DNA of 64,000 nt from Octopus bimaculoides (taxonomy: Eukaryota): positions 10,196,543-10,260,542 of the forward strand of contig NC_068998.1 of the NCBI RefSeq assembly GCF_001194135.2. Direction: 5' to 3'. Positions 49,261-62,160 of this stretch are shown here, one piece after another; the first letter of the stretch is position 1; each line of letters opens with the position of its first letter. The translations under genes were made by a program, and so were the position numbers. A model generated the notes under the pieces. That model was given only the letters and a program-made list of their open reading frames with translations, did not search any database and was not told the DNA's origin.

Positions 49261-50448
49261 AAATGACAGAGCGAGAGAGGTGGGAGAGTGATGTGAATCG
49301 CAAGTGGTGTTCTTATTGAGTATCAATAGACTTTTAAAGGAACTGAAAATCAAAGACAATCAGTGTCAAGAGAGAGAACAAAAATGGTAGCGATGAAATA
49401 GGTGAGCTATGGGAAAGAATTGATTTTTCTTGCGATGCTTCTTTCTTTCTTTCTTTTTTTTTTTTTACTGTGTAAACAAGTGTTGTGTGGGTGGTTGTAG
49501 GAGGAGCAGTAGTAGTATTTGTAGTAGTAGTAGTAGTAGTATTAGATGTTAGGTAGTAGAATATAGGTAAGGTTGTGGAGGGAGGACTTAGAATGAGGTT
49601 GTTTCCTTTAAATTGGAACATTTGGCTACTATTTCTAGCATGTTGAATAGCCATGTACAGGCTCCCTTTTCCTCTCTGTAAATAACGTTCTCAGTCTGGT
49701 GATGGAAGTTATGGTCGGTGGCTGTGATTGGTCCAGCCAGTTTCTAGTTTCACTATTGCTTACCTCACTCTCTCTCAGCTGTTCGCATCTATAAATTTTT
49801 CTAATTTTTGTATTTCTTCCTACTTTCTACTTCTACAGTAGATGTCACTTGTTGATAATCATTAAGACTCTTGTCCCTTCTACTTTCTCGTCAGCCACCT
49901 ACCTACATTAAAGAAATGAAAAAATTAGTTTGAAATTATTGTGTTTTTGCTTTTTTTTAAAAAATTTTATTTAAACATTAAATATTCATGTTTATATAAT
50001 TGATGTATTTATCTTTCTAATCTGTCAGTAAAAAAATTAATTAGAAAAAAAAAAGTAAATAAACTACATATTAAAATATAAAATAAAATTTTTTTTTAAT
50101 TACTTTTCCTGTTCAAAAATAAAAATAAAAATCGTTACTAATTACTGTAAAAAAACAATTTAATCAATTTCAATCACTAAATATTATATAGAGAGTATTT
50201 TTTTTCTAAAAACTTGGTTTAGAAAATATTTAAAGAAAAAAAAAAAAATTCCATTAACATAGTAACAACGGGATTTGAACCGTTAACACTTAAATAATTA
50301 TTATTCTCCTATTCAGTCTTGTGATTTTTCTTATTCTCTTTTGTTTTCCTCTTCTTTCTGTCTACCAGACATGATATTGAAAACATTTATGACCGTAGAT
50401 CAAAGTAGTCTTTTTTTTCTTCTTTTTTTACAATTCATTCATTTATTA

Positions 50449-50501
<53 letters not shown>

Positions 50502-50894
50502 TTTTTCTTCTTTCAACTTCGGCGGTACTACACGATCAATAATTCATATATTATTATTATTATATTATATTATATTGCTGCTGCCCTGCTGTAGTTCAGT
50601 GGCATGTCATGCGAATGTAGCTGGATGATAGGTAGCTTGCTAGGCTGGCTAGCTAATACTACTGCACTGAAAAAGGCAGTGTGTTGCATGCATCATGAAT
50701 CTGTTGCTCTGCTACTATGTTCTTTGGTCTGTGTATGTGTGTGTGTGTATTTATAATACGTTTATAGATATATATATATGTTACCAACCAGCCGAAGTTA
50801 GAGTGTGACAAGGCCACGAGAGTTTCCTGCTGTGGTACTTTTATAAGTGTCAGTACAGAAAACTCTTGGTCTTTGAGCCACTCTGTAACTTCTG

Positions 50895-50952
<58 letters not shown>

Positions 50953-51171
50953 TACACACTTGTGTTATGAGTTCTCTTTTCTTGTTTGTATCACCAAACT
51001 TATGCACACACACACACACACATACACACACACAGACATACCTATACACACACACATACATATAGGTTGTCTATCTGTTGTTTGAATGGATGCACTTTTG
51101 ATTTTGATGCTGTTTCCATTGATGAAAACAGAACTGAGAAAATAAGCACAATCCATCTGCTTTATACATAC

Positions 51172-51204
<33 letters not shown>

Positions 51205-51211
<7 letters not shown>

Positions 51212-51475
51212 CATCATCGTTTAACGTCCGCTTTCCATGCTAGCATGGGTTGGACGATTTGACTGAGGAGTGGTGAAACCGGATGGCAACACCAGGCTCC
51301 AATCTAAATTTGGCAGAGTTTCTACAGCTGGATGCCCTTCCTAACGCCAACCACTCAGAGTGTAGTGGGTGTTTTTACGTGTCACCCGCACGAAGGCCAG
51401 TCAGGCGGTACTGGCAACGGCCACACTCGAAAATGGTGTCTTTTATGTGCCACCCGCACAAGAACCAGTCCAGGG
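51205..51475 (-). mobile_element. SINE family D (RTE-type 3' tail ccaacccatgctagcatggaaagcggacgttaaac(gat)n), young copy
   Basis: Only about 3 differences from 36760-36905 over ~150 nt. Older copies: 3920-4120, 5460-5550, 7020-7350, 11545-11750, 37275-37410, 40870-41050, 54100-54400, 60850-61030. Confidence 0.85.
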
Positions 51476-51687
51476 GCCGGAGATGTACTTGCATAGCAAG
51501 TGACCTGACCTGAGATCGTGTGCTGGAACGAAAACAATTGCAGTGTGGAAGGTGTTTATAAGCCATTTAAAATAACACACAAAAACTGTTAGATTCACTT
51601 CAACATTTAAATTTAATTTGTGTCAAAATATTTTCGTCGATTTGAGACCGCGACCTGTTCACTGACAAAATTCTGTGCTGCATCTCG

Positions 51688-51690
<3 letters not shown>
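51476..51690 (-). mobile_element. Unclassified dispersed repeat (Penelope-like/retrozyme-like) carrying the G3:C8 hammerhead motif
   Basis: About 140 nt match, in inverted orientation, to 47025-47165; abuts (TA)n. Confidence 0.55.
51621..51667 (-). ncRNA. Minimal hammerhead-like motif with compensatory G3:C8 core and one extra nucleotide after A9
   Basis: UGUCA-GUGAACA-G-GUCG(CGGUCUCAAAU)CGAC-GAAA-AUAU-UU-UGACA: 5-bp stem I, 4-bp stem II, palindromic AAUAUU stem III. Confidence 0.45.
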
Positions 51691-51719
<29 letters not shown>

Positions 51720-51959
51720 CACACATGCGAAGTCTGCTATTCTAATGGGATTGATTTTGTTGCTCAGCAGTTATGCAATTCCCACTGCAAAGAATGCTGT
51801 CACTTTGGGGTCATTTTAAAGTACTGTTACCCACTTTACTCAGCCAAAATGGACATCAGACTGTATATACGGTTGTGATTTGAGCTTACTGTCTTTGCTG
51901 TTTTCCTCCACATTTCCTTCTACCCCCACCATCTCCCCCCTTCTCTCTCTATTCTAATT

Positions 51960-52760
51960 TATGTCTGTTATTCACTCTTATTTCTGCATTCATTCATTCA
52001 TGCACTCACTCACTCACTCGCTCTGTCTCTCAATCGTCATTCAAAATATATTCTCTTCTCACACTTTGTTTCTCAGCGAGCATGTTTCTCTGTCTGTCGG
52101 TCTGTTTGTTTCTCCACTCTCACTCCGACTCTCTCAAATCTCCCTCTGGCTCTCTCTTCTCTCTCTCTCTCTCTCTTTCTCTCCTCCTCTCTCTCACACA
52201 CATGCAGTAAAAATCTCTCACCCATACACGCCTTCTCACACAAACACTCACTCAACATCACTGTCACTACACACACTTCCCTTCATCTCATGCAATTTCT
52301 TTTTTGCTCATACTCTCATTATCTCTATCACCCCCACCTCACTCATGCTCTCTATACTCACTCATTCTCTCTCTCTCTCTCATTCTTTCTATCCCAAATG
52401 TGCACTCACTTTATCTCTTACACACACACACACTCTCTCTCTCAACCACACTCATTCTCTTTCTCTGATTCTCTTACACACCCCCATTGTCCTTTCACCT
52501 ACACATACTTATTTTCCTTATACATTTTCTCTCATTCTCTCTCACACACATTCTCTTGCAAACACACACTCTCTCTCATTTTCTTTTGCATACACTTTCT
52601 CTCTCATTCACTCTTGCATATTCACTCTGCAACACAGTCACTTTAACATTCTTTCTCTGTCTCTCATTTTCCCTGTCATTCACAATCACACACACAAGCA
52701 CTCGCACATCTCTGTATCATGCCTACTTTCGCTTCACTCTGAATTCAAGTTAACACACAT
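51960..52760. repeat. CT/CA-rich low-complexity tract
   Basis: Degenerate (CT)n/(CA)n; spurious Ser/Leu/His ORFs. Confidence 0.8.
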
Positions 52761-53934
52761 GTAATGATGTGATTTCAAGAAAGGTATTGATTTAAAAATT
52801 AAAAACTTTAATTATGGGCAGTTTTCGGTATCTTGGTAATGTGAACTAGGAATGATCCCAGTCAAACTGACATTGAAAGGGTTAAAGTCATTTAAAGCAA
52901 AACAAAAAAGGAAAAAAAAAAGATCTGATTAAAAAAGTTCAGAGTAGTCTCCCTTGAACATCAGCTATGATGTCACATTCTACTTTTTGTCAGAATTTAT
53001 GAGAAGTATTATAATGAATGTTAAAATGTTCTTTATGTGCAATGAACATTGAGTTAACCCTTTAAATTCCTTAAAGCAAGATGAGATAGTTTTTCTTATA
53101 TTTTTTAGAATAAAATTTTTTAAAATTCCAGTAATTACACAACATCATAGGAAATATTATAATTTCCTGCTGTTGCTGTTGCTGGCTTGTGGGTGGGTGG
53201 GTGTTTGGTTGTTGGAGTAACAGAATCAATAGGATGATAGATGAAGTTCAATACTTTCTAAGTTAAGATCAGCATATATAAATGGTGTGAACTATCTGAA
53301 ACACTGCCTTCTGGGCAGTTTTATGATTGCTTGCTTGACATGTATTATCTCTGTCCCTCTCTCTTTCTCTTTCACATTCACACACTGTCCAATGTGTCCT
53401 TTCCTAATGTTGGCTGCTTGAATGTAATTTTGAGGAAATTTGGATGCTATTTGTAACAGGCTAGGTTACAGTGTTTTGTGAAAGGTAGTGGTGGGAGGGG
53501 CTGGTAATGCTTTGGCTACATTATACATAAAAGGTGTCAAAATTGTAATGATATTTGTTCGGTAACTGATGAGGGGTTGAGGATTTTTGTGTCCATTGCT
53601 TGTATTTTTTCCTGTTTGTTTGTTTTTGTATTTTCCTATGTTGATCCCCTCTACTACATTTTTATTATATATATAAGCTTGCTTCCCAACCCCATGGATC
53701 TGAGTTCACTCCCACTGTGTGGCACCTTGGGCAAGTGTCTTCTACTATAGCCTTGAGTTGAACAAAGCCTTGTGAGTGGATTTGGTAAACGGACACTGAA
53801 AGAAGCCCATTGTGTGTGTGTGTGTGTGTGTGTGTCTTTGGGTTTGTGTTTGTCCCCCCCATCACCGCTTTGACAACTGGTGTTGCTGAGTTTATGTCTC
53901 CATAGCTTAGCATTCCATAAAGAAGTGCTGATCA

Positions 53935-54085
53935 CTCAAACTGGTTGGAACTCATAGAAGAGGGAGACCCAGAAAGACCTAGGATGAAGTACTGAAGGAT
54001 GACCTTAGGACACTGAGCCTTTGGGAAGCGATAACAAATGACCAAGATATATGGCATCTTGCTGTACTCAAGAAAACCTGTCCTC
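53935..54085 (+). mobile_element. RTE LINE 3' end fragment
   Basis: Frameshifted RRG.PRKT.DEVLKDDLRTLSLWEAITNDQDIWHLAVLKKT. Confidence 0.65.
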
Positions 54086-54892
54086 TACAACAGATGGTGT
54101 TAAGGCCACTCTCCTTGATGAAGAAGATTGGCCTGAAGTTCTATGTCAGTGCCACATAAAAACCACTTGTGCCATGCCACATAAAAACCACTTGTGCCGT
54201 GCCATGTAAAAAGCACTCGTGCTGGCACCAGTGCCATGTTAAAAGCACCCAGCATACACTGTAAAGTAGGTGATGTTAGGAAGGGCATCCACTTCTAGAA
54301 ACCAAGCCAAATCAAACTGGAGCCTGGTGCAGCTCTGGCTGCCAGCTCTGGTCAAACTGTCCAACCCATGCAGTGTAGAAAATGGATGTTAAAAGATGAT
54401 GGTACACATACACACACACACTACAAATGTGTGTGTGTGTGTGTGTGTGTAATGATAGCAGTATGCAAGGATGCTGCATTTTAGCTCTGTAAAATGAAAT
54501 ATAACTTCATTCCAATATAAATTGTCTTTTTTGATGACATTTCATTAGAAGCTTTAAATCGAAATTGTACAACATTTCTAATTGAAATTCTAATCACAAT
54601 AATGGTTAATGCCATTTTGTATTCTATTGTTTTTTAATAACCTATTTCAAAATTCTGATTGTAAAAAATATTTTAAGCACCATTTTAATGGATTATTTTC
54701 AAAGTAAATGATAATATAAATTTGAGTTGGTTATTGTGAAATGATATTTATTATGGAAGTTATTTGTTGAAATTACAATAAAACAATAATGATATTTCCT
54801 ATCCTTTTCCCTATTCATTTGTTGGTATTTCTGCTACTGCAATGCCTAGTTCTTTGTTTTTATTTTATTTTGCTACGAGCTATGCTATAACT

Positions 54893-54944
<52 letters not shown>

Positions 54945-55939
54945 TGCATGGGTCAGACGGAATTTGTTGAGGCAAATTCTCTATGGCTGGATACCTCTTC
55001 CTGTTGCCAACCCTAACCAGTTTTCAAGAAAGGGGATATTTTCCCTTGGCCAAATTGAAAGTAAACAACATCGCATGTATGATGGTGCTAATTATAGATG
55101 CCATGCCATGTGATGTTGAGACAAGGCTACATACCATGTCCTGTATTTGTAAAATTATTGAAATTTGAGATAGACTTGGATACTATATCTCAGCAGTTGG
55201 ACTTCCACGTAAAGGTTCTCTAGTTGGCTAAAATTCTGCTGATGTCATTAGCGTTAGTTGCAAGCATTACACCATCCCATGACCTCTTTTTAATCAATTT
55301 GAAATGTAAACCTAACATAGTGAGTCCTCTTCTTAAGTTTAAAACATAATAGTTGTATATGAATTTACTTCTAAGATTTTAGCATGAATTATATAATAAA
55401 TCTTAATAGCAGCAAACTGAAACAGCTGTTTCTCTTTATTTGCTCAAATTTGGTCTTGTTATATCTAATATAATCCATATTTTCTGTATTACATTTGGGT
55501 CAATTCTCAATTGGAACCATTTTATTTTCTACTGTAATGCACTTGTTTTAAGGCTAGGTCACTTCGTCCATCCCATGTTGGAGTTTAGAATGTATGCTCA
55601 AATTTAGCGGGCTTATTTCTCAGTTTAAGGGCTTAGTTTAAGAGGCTTAGTTAAGAGCTGTTTTCCTGTCTAACTAAAACAAACAAACAAATAAGTAATA
55701 ATAATAATAATAATAATAACAATAATCCTTTCTATTACAGGCACAAGGCCTGAAATTTGGGCGGGAGTGGACTAGTCGATTCGAAAGGATGAAAGGCAAA
55801 GTCAACCTTGGCACAATTTGAACTCAGAATGTAGCGATGGGCGAAATGCCGCTAAGCATTTCGTCCAGTGTGCTAACAATTCTGCCAGCTCACCGCCTTA
55901 ATAATAATTATATTAATAATAATAATGATAATAATAATA

Positions 55940-56150
55940 ATAATCTGTTCATCCATCTGTCCGTTGACACCATTTGTGTCTGAGTTTGGTTCATCTGAAG
56001 GCCAAGTAGGGAATGAAAGGCATTGATTGTATGGCAGGGCAGGCGGTGGTCTTGGGCTGCTGTGACAAGGCCTTGCATTAGCCTCCTTTTACTTCTTCTG
56101 TAGTCTTTCTCTTCTCCTTCAAAGTGGAACAACTGGAATGAATTGCTCTT
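55940..56150 (-). mobile_element. LINE C-terminal relic (RTE-like zinc-knuckle region)
   Basis: HRLPCHTINAFHSLLGLQ resembles CxxC..F...IGL.SH. Confidence 0.35.
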
Positions 56151-56152
56151 CA

Positions 56153-56220
56153 CCAGGATGGGCATCTGACAGGATGGGCATCTGACAGGATGGGCATCTG
56201 ACAGGATGGGCATCTGACAG
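56153..56220. repeat. 16-bp tandem repeat caggatgggcatctga, about 4 copies
   Basis: Directly visible. Confidence 0.9.
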
Positions 56221-56499
56221 CTCCTGTTTCCCCGGTGTTAGGGCTGATTCTGGCTTGAAGGAGGGAGGAATTCAGTTGGTCTTTGAGTCTGTGTTCCAGG
56301 GCTCCTTGATGTCATTTGCCAGTAATGAGCTTGCTGTAGAGGATACTCCATGGGAGTCTTGAAGTTATGGTTCACCATAACTTATTAGCCTAATTTTGTT
56401 ACTGTTACATTTATTTAGTGACTATTAAATAATGTTACTTTTTTTCTTCTGTTTATTTCAGCTTGATCTCTGAAGTGCTGCCAGACATCTATTGTCATC

Positions 56500-56518
56500 A
56501 TGGCTGGATCAGTAGCAG
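56500..56518 (+). CDS. Probable first coding exon (MAGSVA + phase-1 G) of an unidentified plus-strand gene; whole exon 56462-56518
   Basis: Strong acceptor ttttttcttctgtttatttcag|, Kozak-like gtcatcATGG, donor CAG|gtaatt; no downstream coding exon found with confidence in the window. Confidence 0.55.
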
Positions 56519-57988
56519 GTAATTTAATCTTTTCCTCTTATTGTTTTTTTCATTGTCTTTGTGGCACCTGCACTAGAGAGGTTGTTGCGTTTAAATGAGA
56601 CTAAAGAGTCCTCTCTGCTCTATGTTGTCTATGTTTGTTTGTGCACTAAATGGTTGTCTCATACTGGGCAAGTAGAAAAGAGGCTAATGAAAGAAGACCA
56701 GAGTGAGAGGGCGATAGAGGAGAGATTAATGGAAGAAACAAATGAGAGAGATGGACAGCTACATAGTGATTGTTGGTAAAGAGATTGAATAGAAACAGCA
56801 TGAGCAATGAAGAGAATGAATGAATGAATGAAAGAAAGAGAGATATATAGAGAGAGACATGTAATCAAGTGTGTTAGAAGGAAAGAATAAGGTCTGAAAG
56901 AGGGGGTTTAGTCAATTACATTGATCCCAGTGCTCAACTGAAAGGATGAAAGCAAAGTCGACCTTGGCAGAAATTGAATGAGAATATAAGACAGACAAAA
57001 TGCCGCTAAGCATTTTGTCTGGCATACTAAAGATTCTGCCAATTTACTGAATGATAATAATTTGCTATAATAATACTCTTGTGTTTTTCTCCGTCACAAC
57101 ACATGAATGAGAAAGGAAGGAGTGGTAGATGAATAAGGAAGTGAATAATAAGGAAAGAATAGTGTTATGAATAGTAATGATGGTGGGTGATGGGGGAGAG
57201 AGACAGATTGATGGATTGTGAAGGATGTCAATGAGTGATGAAAAGTGATTGCTAACAATGAAGAAGATGGAGGAATAGAACATGAATAAACCTAATCGGA
57301 TGGTGTCCCTTGCAACACAGGCATTATGATGGGAGAGAGATAGTGATAGTAGGGAGGCACATCGATTGGGGGAAAAGTGAGTGATAATGGTGATGAGAGG
57401 TATCCAGGTGGCCTCAAGGTATACCCTGAATAAAAATGAGTGGGAATGCATGTGAATTGTAATAAGAGTTACAATCAGGGGGGATTGAAACTGGGTTATT
57501 GAATTAAATAACCCTTGGAATGTATCTACCCCTCTGTGACCGTTTACTATTTGTTCTGTATACAGTATGTCTTATTGTGGGTTTTTTGCTCTTTATGAGG
57601 AGGCTGTTTGATTATTGATTGTCCTTTTTGCCTCTGAGAAATTCATTACAGAAAATATGACCTCTAAAAGGTCGATCAAGATTTTAATGTAGGACATGAC
57701 TTTGTCCGAACTGAGACACATCATTGAATCAGCTGTTTTAGTCACAAGATTGATATTGATTATATATATTTTTTTTCTTTTCCACCCTGTTAACATCTCT
57801 TCAAGGTGGTTCTGTGTTTAAGAAGAGAGTAAGAAGCAAGACGCAGCATTTGTTACGGAATAATGCAAAGTGTAATCTGATTTCTTCTTCTTCTTTGCTT
57901 CCTCCACCTCCTCTTCATCATTGTCATCATCATCTACTTCTTCTTTGACTACTTCGATTATTTCTTCCTTTTTGATGATTTCTTTGAC

Positions 57989-58036
<48 letters not shown>

Positions 58037-58668
58037 TCTGATGATTAGTTTTGTGGATAAAGTATTTAATTTGTGGTGGTATCTAGTCACAACCCTAAAC
58101 ACTCTGATTTCAACTTTTGCCAGGGTCAGCTTTGCTGCCTATCATCATGATTTGCTTGAATCGACTTTACTCTTCTCCTATAAGTTTGTGGCATTCTGCC
58201 AGTGCAAGAAAGCAATCTGATGATGTTGATAACAGCAATAATAATAGTAATACTGATCATGTTGCCAGGCACATCATAGTGTTCTGTCGAAGTTTCTTTC
58301 AATATAATTTATAGAGCATCGAGTATTGATCATCATTATTATTATTATTTAATTATATTTTTTTGAAGAACATTTTCATCAGTTCATTGTAAGTGAACTT
58401 TACATAGCAATAAGATAAATTAATGTCTATCTACATCTGGATTACATGCAGAAAAAAACAGTGGTAAACTTTTAATTTGATAGATTTAACCTTTTAGTAT
58501 TAACTTTGTTTATATGTAACATGATTGATTGATAGGTCGCAGACCTCTGGGAGTCATCATCATAGGCTGTTGTGTTTTTGATTTGGATAATAAAATTACA
58601 GGCCAAGCAATATCCATAATTTTAGAAGCCAGTGAGAAAATTGGAGTCCAGCCCAAGCATTGCATTAA

Positions 58669-58889
58669 CCCTTTAGTGTTTGCATTATTCTGCTAGAATT
58701 AATGTTTTTTCATCCACATTGTTTTGAACTAATCATGTATTATCTTGTAGCTATGAGATTTTGATGAGGTAGCTGTTAATTTTTAAAACGATATTGTAGG
58801 GTTAGTGTGAGAGACCAGATTTGGCCAGTTTGAACATAAAACAAGCAGAATACTTTTGGCCGGATATGGCCGGTTTAAATGCTAAAGGG
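58669..58889. mobile_element. piggyBac-type MITE with TTAA TSD
   Basis: TTAA|ccctttagtgtt ... aatgctaaaggg|TTAA; related partial copies at ~7874-8075 and ~9865-10010 (inside the U12 intron). Confidence 0.85.
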
Positions 58890-59600
58890 TTAAAGCACTT
58901 CATTTGTTTGATATTGTTGTAGTTGTTATTAAGCTTTAGCTCTGATCAAGCAGATCTATGGTCAAAAGTATTCCAGCTATGACCAAATAGAAATTTAAAA
59001 GAAAGAATAAATGGGAATCTCATTTTGAATTTTAAAATTTAGGAAAATATATATGAAACAAGTGTCTACTCTTTAATTAATCATACATTGTGTTCAGCAA
59101 AATTTTGATCAGCACATTTTTCAAGTCACATGTTATGGATTTGTTTAAGCCTTAGATTATATTTTTTAGATATCTATGTCATACCTAGATACCCCCTATG
59201 GTGCATTGTCTGAGAAACATTGACAATCTGTCAATATATATATATATATAATAAGAATTGTATTGAGGTTAAGAGGAATTCAAATTGATGTTATGATCGT
59301 TTCAGTAAATAAATGTTTTTTTAAAATCCCGTACCACTTGTATAGATAAGTAATATATACAATATATGTAATGAATGCAATATAATAGAATAGAATAAAA
59401 TTATTATTGTTGATTCACTTTGTCAGACATCATTATTCAAAATGCAATTAAGAAACAAACATACAATGCAAGATAAATTTGTAACACTTCATATCTGTGT
59501 TGAGTCCATTCAAATAGACAGGTTCATACATGAAGTGTTGATGAGGTGATAGCTTGGATTATAATTATCCCCTCCATATGTATGTCTATATATATATATA

Positions 59601-59655
<55 letters not shown>

Positions 59656-59859
59656 CAAGGGGTACTGAAAAGTACCTGGGTTTGGGTGAAAGAAAATACA
59701 AGAAGATGAGTTAATTATGATTTTATTCAACATATTCCCTTCTCAGATTCACACACTTATTGCAGTGGTCTTTCAGTTTTTCTAAGCCCTGTAAAAGAAC
59801 TCAGAGGGTTGGGCCTCTCATGATACTCTTAAAACTAGGGGCTTTTCAGTACTGCCTCA
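59656..59859. mobile_element. Mariner-type MITE with TA TSD
   Basis: TA|caaggggtactgaaaagt ... gcttttcagtactgcctca|TA imperfect TIRs. Confidence 0.7.
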
Positions 59860-61783
59860 TATATATATATATATGGAATGAAGAAAAAAAATATACTAGC
59901 AGTTTTTCTTTCCATATATATTACTGGTAAGCTATAGGTCAGCTCTGGTGGATCAGATCTGTGATAAAAAAAATTACGAGGCCTTCCTGTCTTTGTATGC
60001 CAAGGGCTACATGAGCTTATGTGTGTTTTATTTTTGGGGGTAGGTGTTATTTAAGACATTGGCTGTTGCTTTTAGCAAACAAGTATGGCTTCCTGTACAT
60101 ATGTATGTACATACATGTGTACATATGTCTGTCTGTCCATACATAAATATATACATACATACATATATGGAACTGTTATTTTGGCTAGATTTAACCTTAG
60201 ATTAAACCATAAGCAGGCTTGTAATTAAAGATAATCCAGCTATGATCATCCCATATATTTTTTTCAGGAATAGTATATTCTGAATTTAAAACAGTAGGGT
60301 TTAATTTGAGGGAAATTTGAGCAGTCTCATTGGCTGTTGATGTGGCATGTAAAGAGTTGTGTTTCTGTACCAACAGACCATTCGGACATTAGAGAAAAAT
60401 AAGGCATAAAATTAATTTTTAGTGGTGGTGATGTTATTGATGATGATGGGATTATTGTGGATTAAAAAAAAACAAAATAGCCAAAACCATGCATACAGTG
60501 ATCTTGTTAAGCTGATTAATTTGAGGTTTCAATGCAATTGCAAAAATATTTTAGAGATTTGTCAAATGTTTAATTATTTCTATTCTTTAAAGAGTAAAAG
60601 AAGAAACAAAACTGGGCCATGTTTGCTTCTCAACCATGTGCCATGTGGTCTTGGCACATTTAGCAAGTATCTTCTAATATAGACCTGGGTTGACCAAACC
60701 CTTGAGAGTGGATTTGGTAGGCAGAAACTGAAAGAAGCCTCTTTCCTCTTCTCCCTCTCTCTATATGTTTATAGATGCATGTATATATACGTGTGCATAT
60801 CCTTGTCTAGACATCATTTGATAGTTGTAAATGAGCATCGTCATTATGCAAGCAAGGTTGTTCATTTCCTTCTTTGTGAAAACCATGTCTGGCTATGGTG
60901 GAAATATTACTTTGTTTGGAAGCTGGTGAGGGTTGGTGACAGGAAGAGCATTCCAGCCATACAAAATAATCTGCCTCAACAGATTCTGTCTGACCCATGC
61001 AAGAGTGGAAATGTGGACATTAAATGATGATGATTATCATCATAATGTTGTTTCTGTTGTTGATTATGAACCCCAGGTCATCTCTGGCTGTCCTAATTGT
61101 TCAGTTCTACCTCTTGGTTTCGAACTGTTTATAATAACTCCATTAGCTAATTAATCCTTTCCTTACTGTGTATATATATATATATATATATATATNNNNN
61201 NNNNNNNNNNNNNNNNNNNNNNNNNNNNNNNNNNNNNNNNNNNNNNNNNNNNNNNNNNNNNNNNNNNNNNNNNNNNNNNNNNNNNNNNNNNNNNNNNNNN
61301 NNNNNNNNNNNNNNNNNNNNNNNNNNNNNNNNNNNNNNNNNNNNNNNNNNNNNNNNNNNNNNNNNNNNNNNNNNNNNNNNNNNNNNNNNNNNNNNNNNNN
61401 NNNNNNNNNNNNNNNNNNNNNNNNNNNNNNNNNNNNNNNNNNNNNNNNNNNNNNNNNNNNNNNNNNNNNNNNNNNNNNNNNNNNNNNNNNNNNNNNNNNN
61501 NNNNNNNNNNNNNNNNNNNNNNNNNNNNNNNNNNNNNNNNNNNNNNNNNNNNNNNNNNNNNNNNNNNNNNNNNNNNNNNNNNNNNNNNNNNNNNNNNNNN
61601 NNNNNNNNNNNNNNNNNNNNNNNNNNNNNNNNNNNNNNNNNNNNNNNNNNNNNNNNNNNNNNNNNNNNNNNNNNNNNNNNNNNNNNNNNNNNNNNNNNNN
61701 NNNNNNNNNNNNNNNNNNNNNNNNNNNNNNNNNNNNNNNNNNNNNNNNNNNNNNNNNNNNNNNNNNNNNNNNNNNNNNNNNNN

Positions 61784-61998
61784 GGTAGGTATGATGGCAT
61801 CAGTCATTGTGTTGGTGAAGATGACGATGATTGTAGTGGTGGTGGTAGCAGTGGTGGTGATGGTGGCAGCGGTGGTAGTGGTGGTGGTGGTGGTGGTAGG
61901 TATGATGGCATCAGTCATTGTGTTGGTGAAGATGACGGTGATTGTAGTGGTGGTGATGAAGGGTCTGATCATACTGATGCTGCTACTGATAGTGATGG

Positions 61999-62033
<35 letters not shown>

Positions 62034-62160
62034 GTTGCAGTGGTGGTGATGACAGCATTGGTCATAGTGATGATGATGATTATGATGGTCGTGGTGGTGG
62101 TGGTGGTGATGACGATGACGATGAGGATGATTGCAACAGTGCTGATGAAGTTGATAAGCA
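61784..62160. repeat. (GAT/GGT)n low-complexity array with a ~110-bp direct duplication
   Basis: ggtaggtatgatggcatcagtcattgtgttggtgaagatgacg at 61784 and ~61894. Confidence 0.8.

Noticed and set aside
51961-52764. 267-aa Ser/Leu/His-rich ORF
   Set aside because: Low-complexity CT/CA tract
57065-57451. 128-aa minus-strand ORF with a faint GIP.G RT-like motif
   Set aside because: Too degenerate to assign; probably an old LINE relic, not a gene
57806-57828. Micro-exon candidate GGSVFKKR in phase with MAGSVA
   Set aside because: Very short, weak splice signals, no homology support
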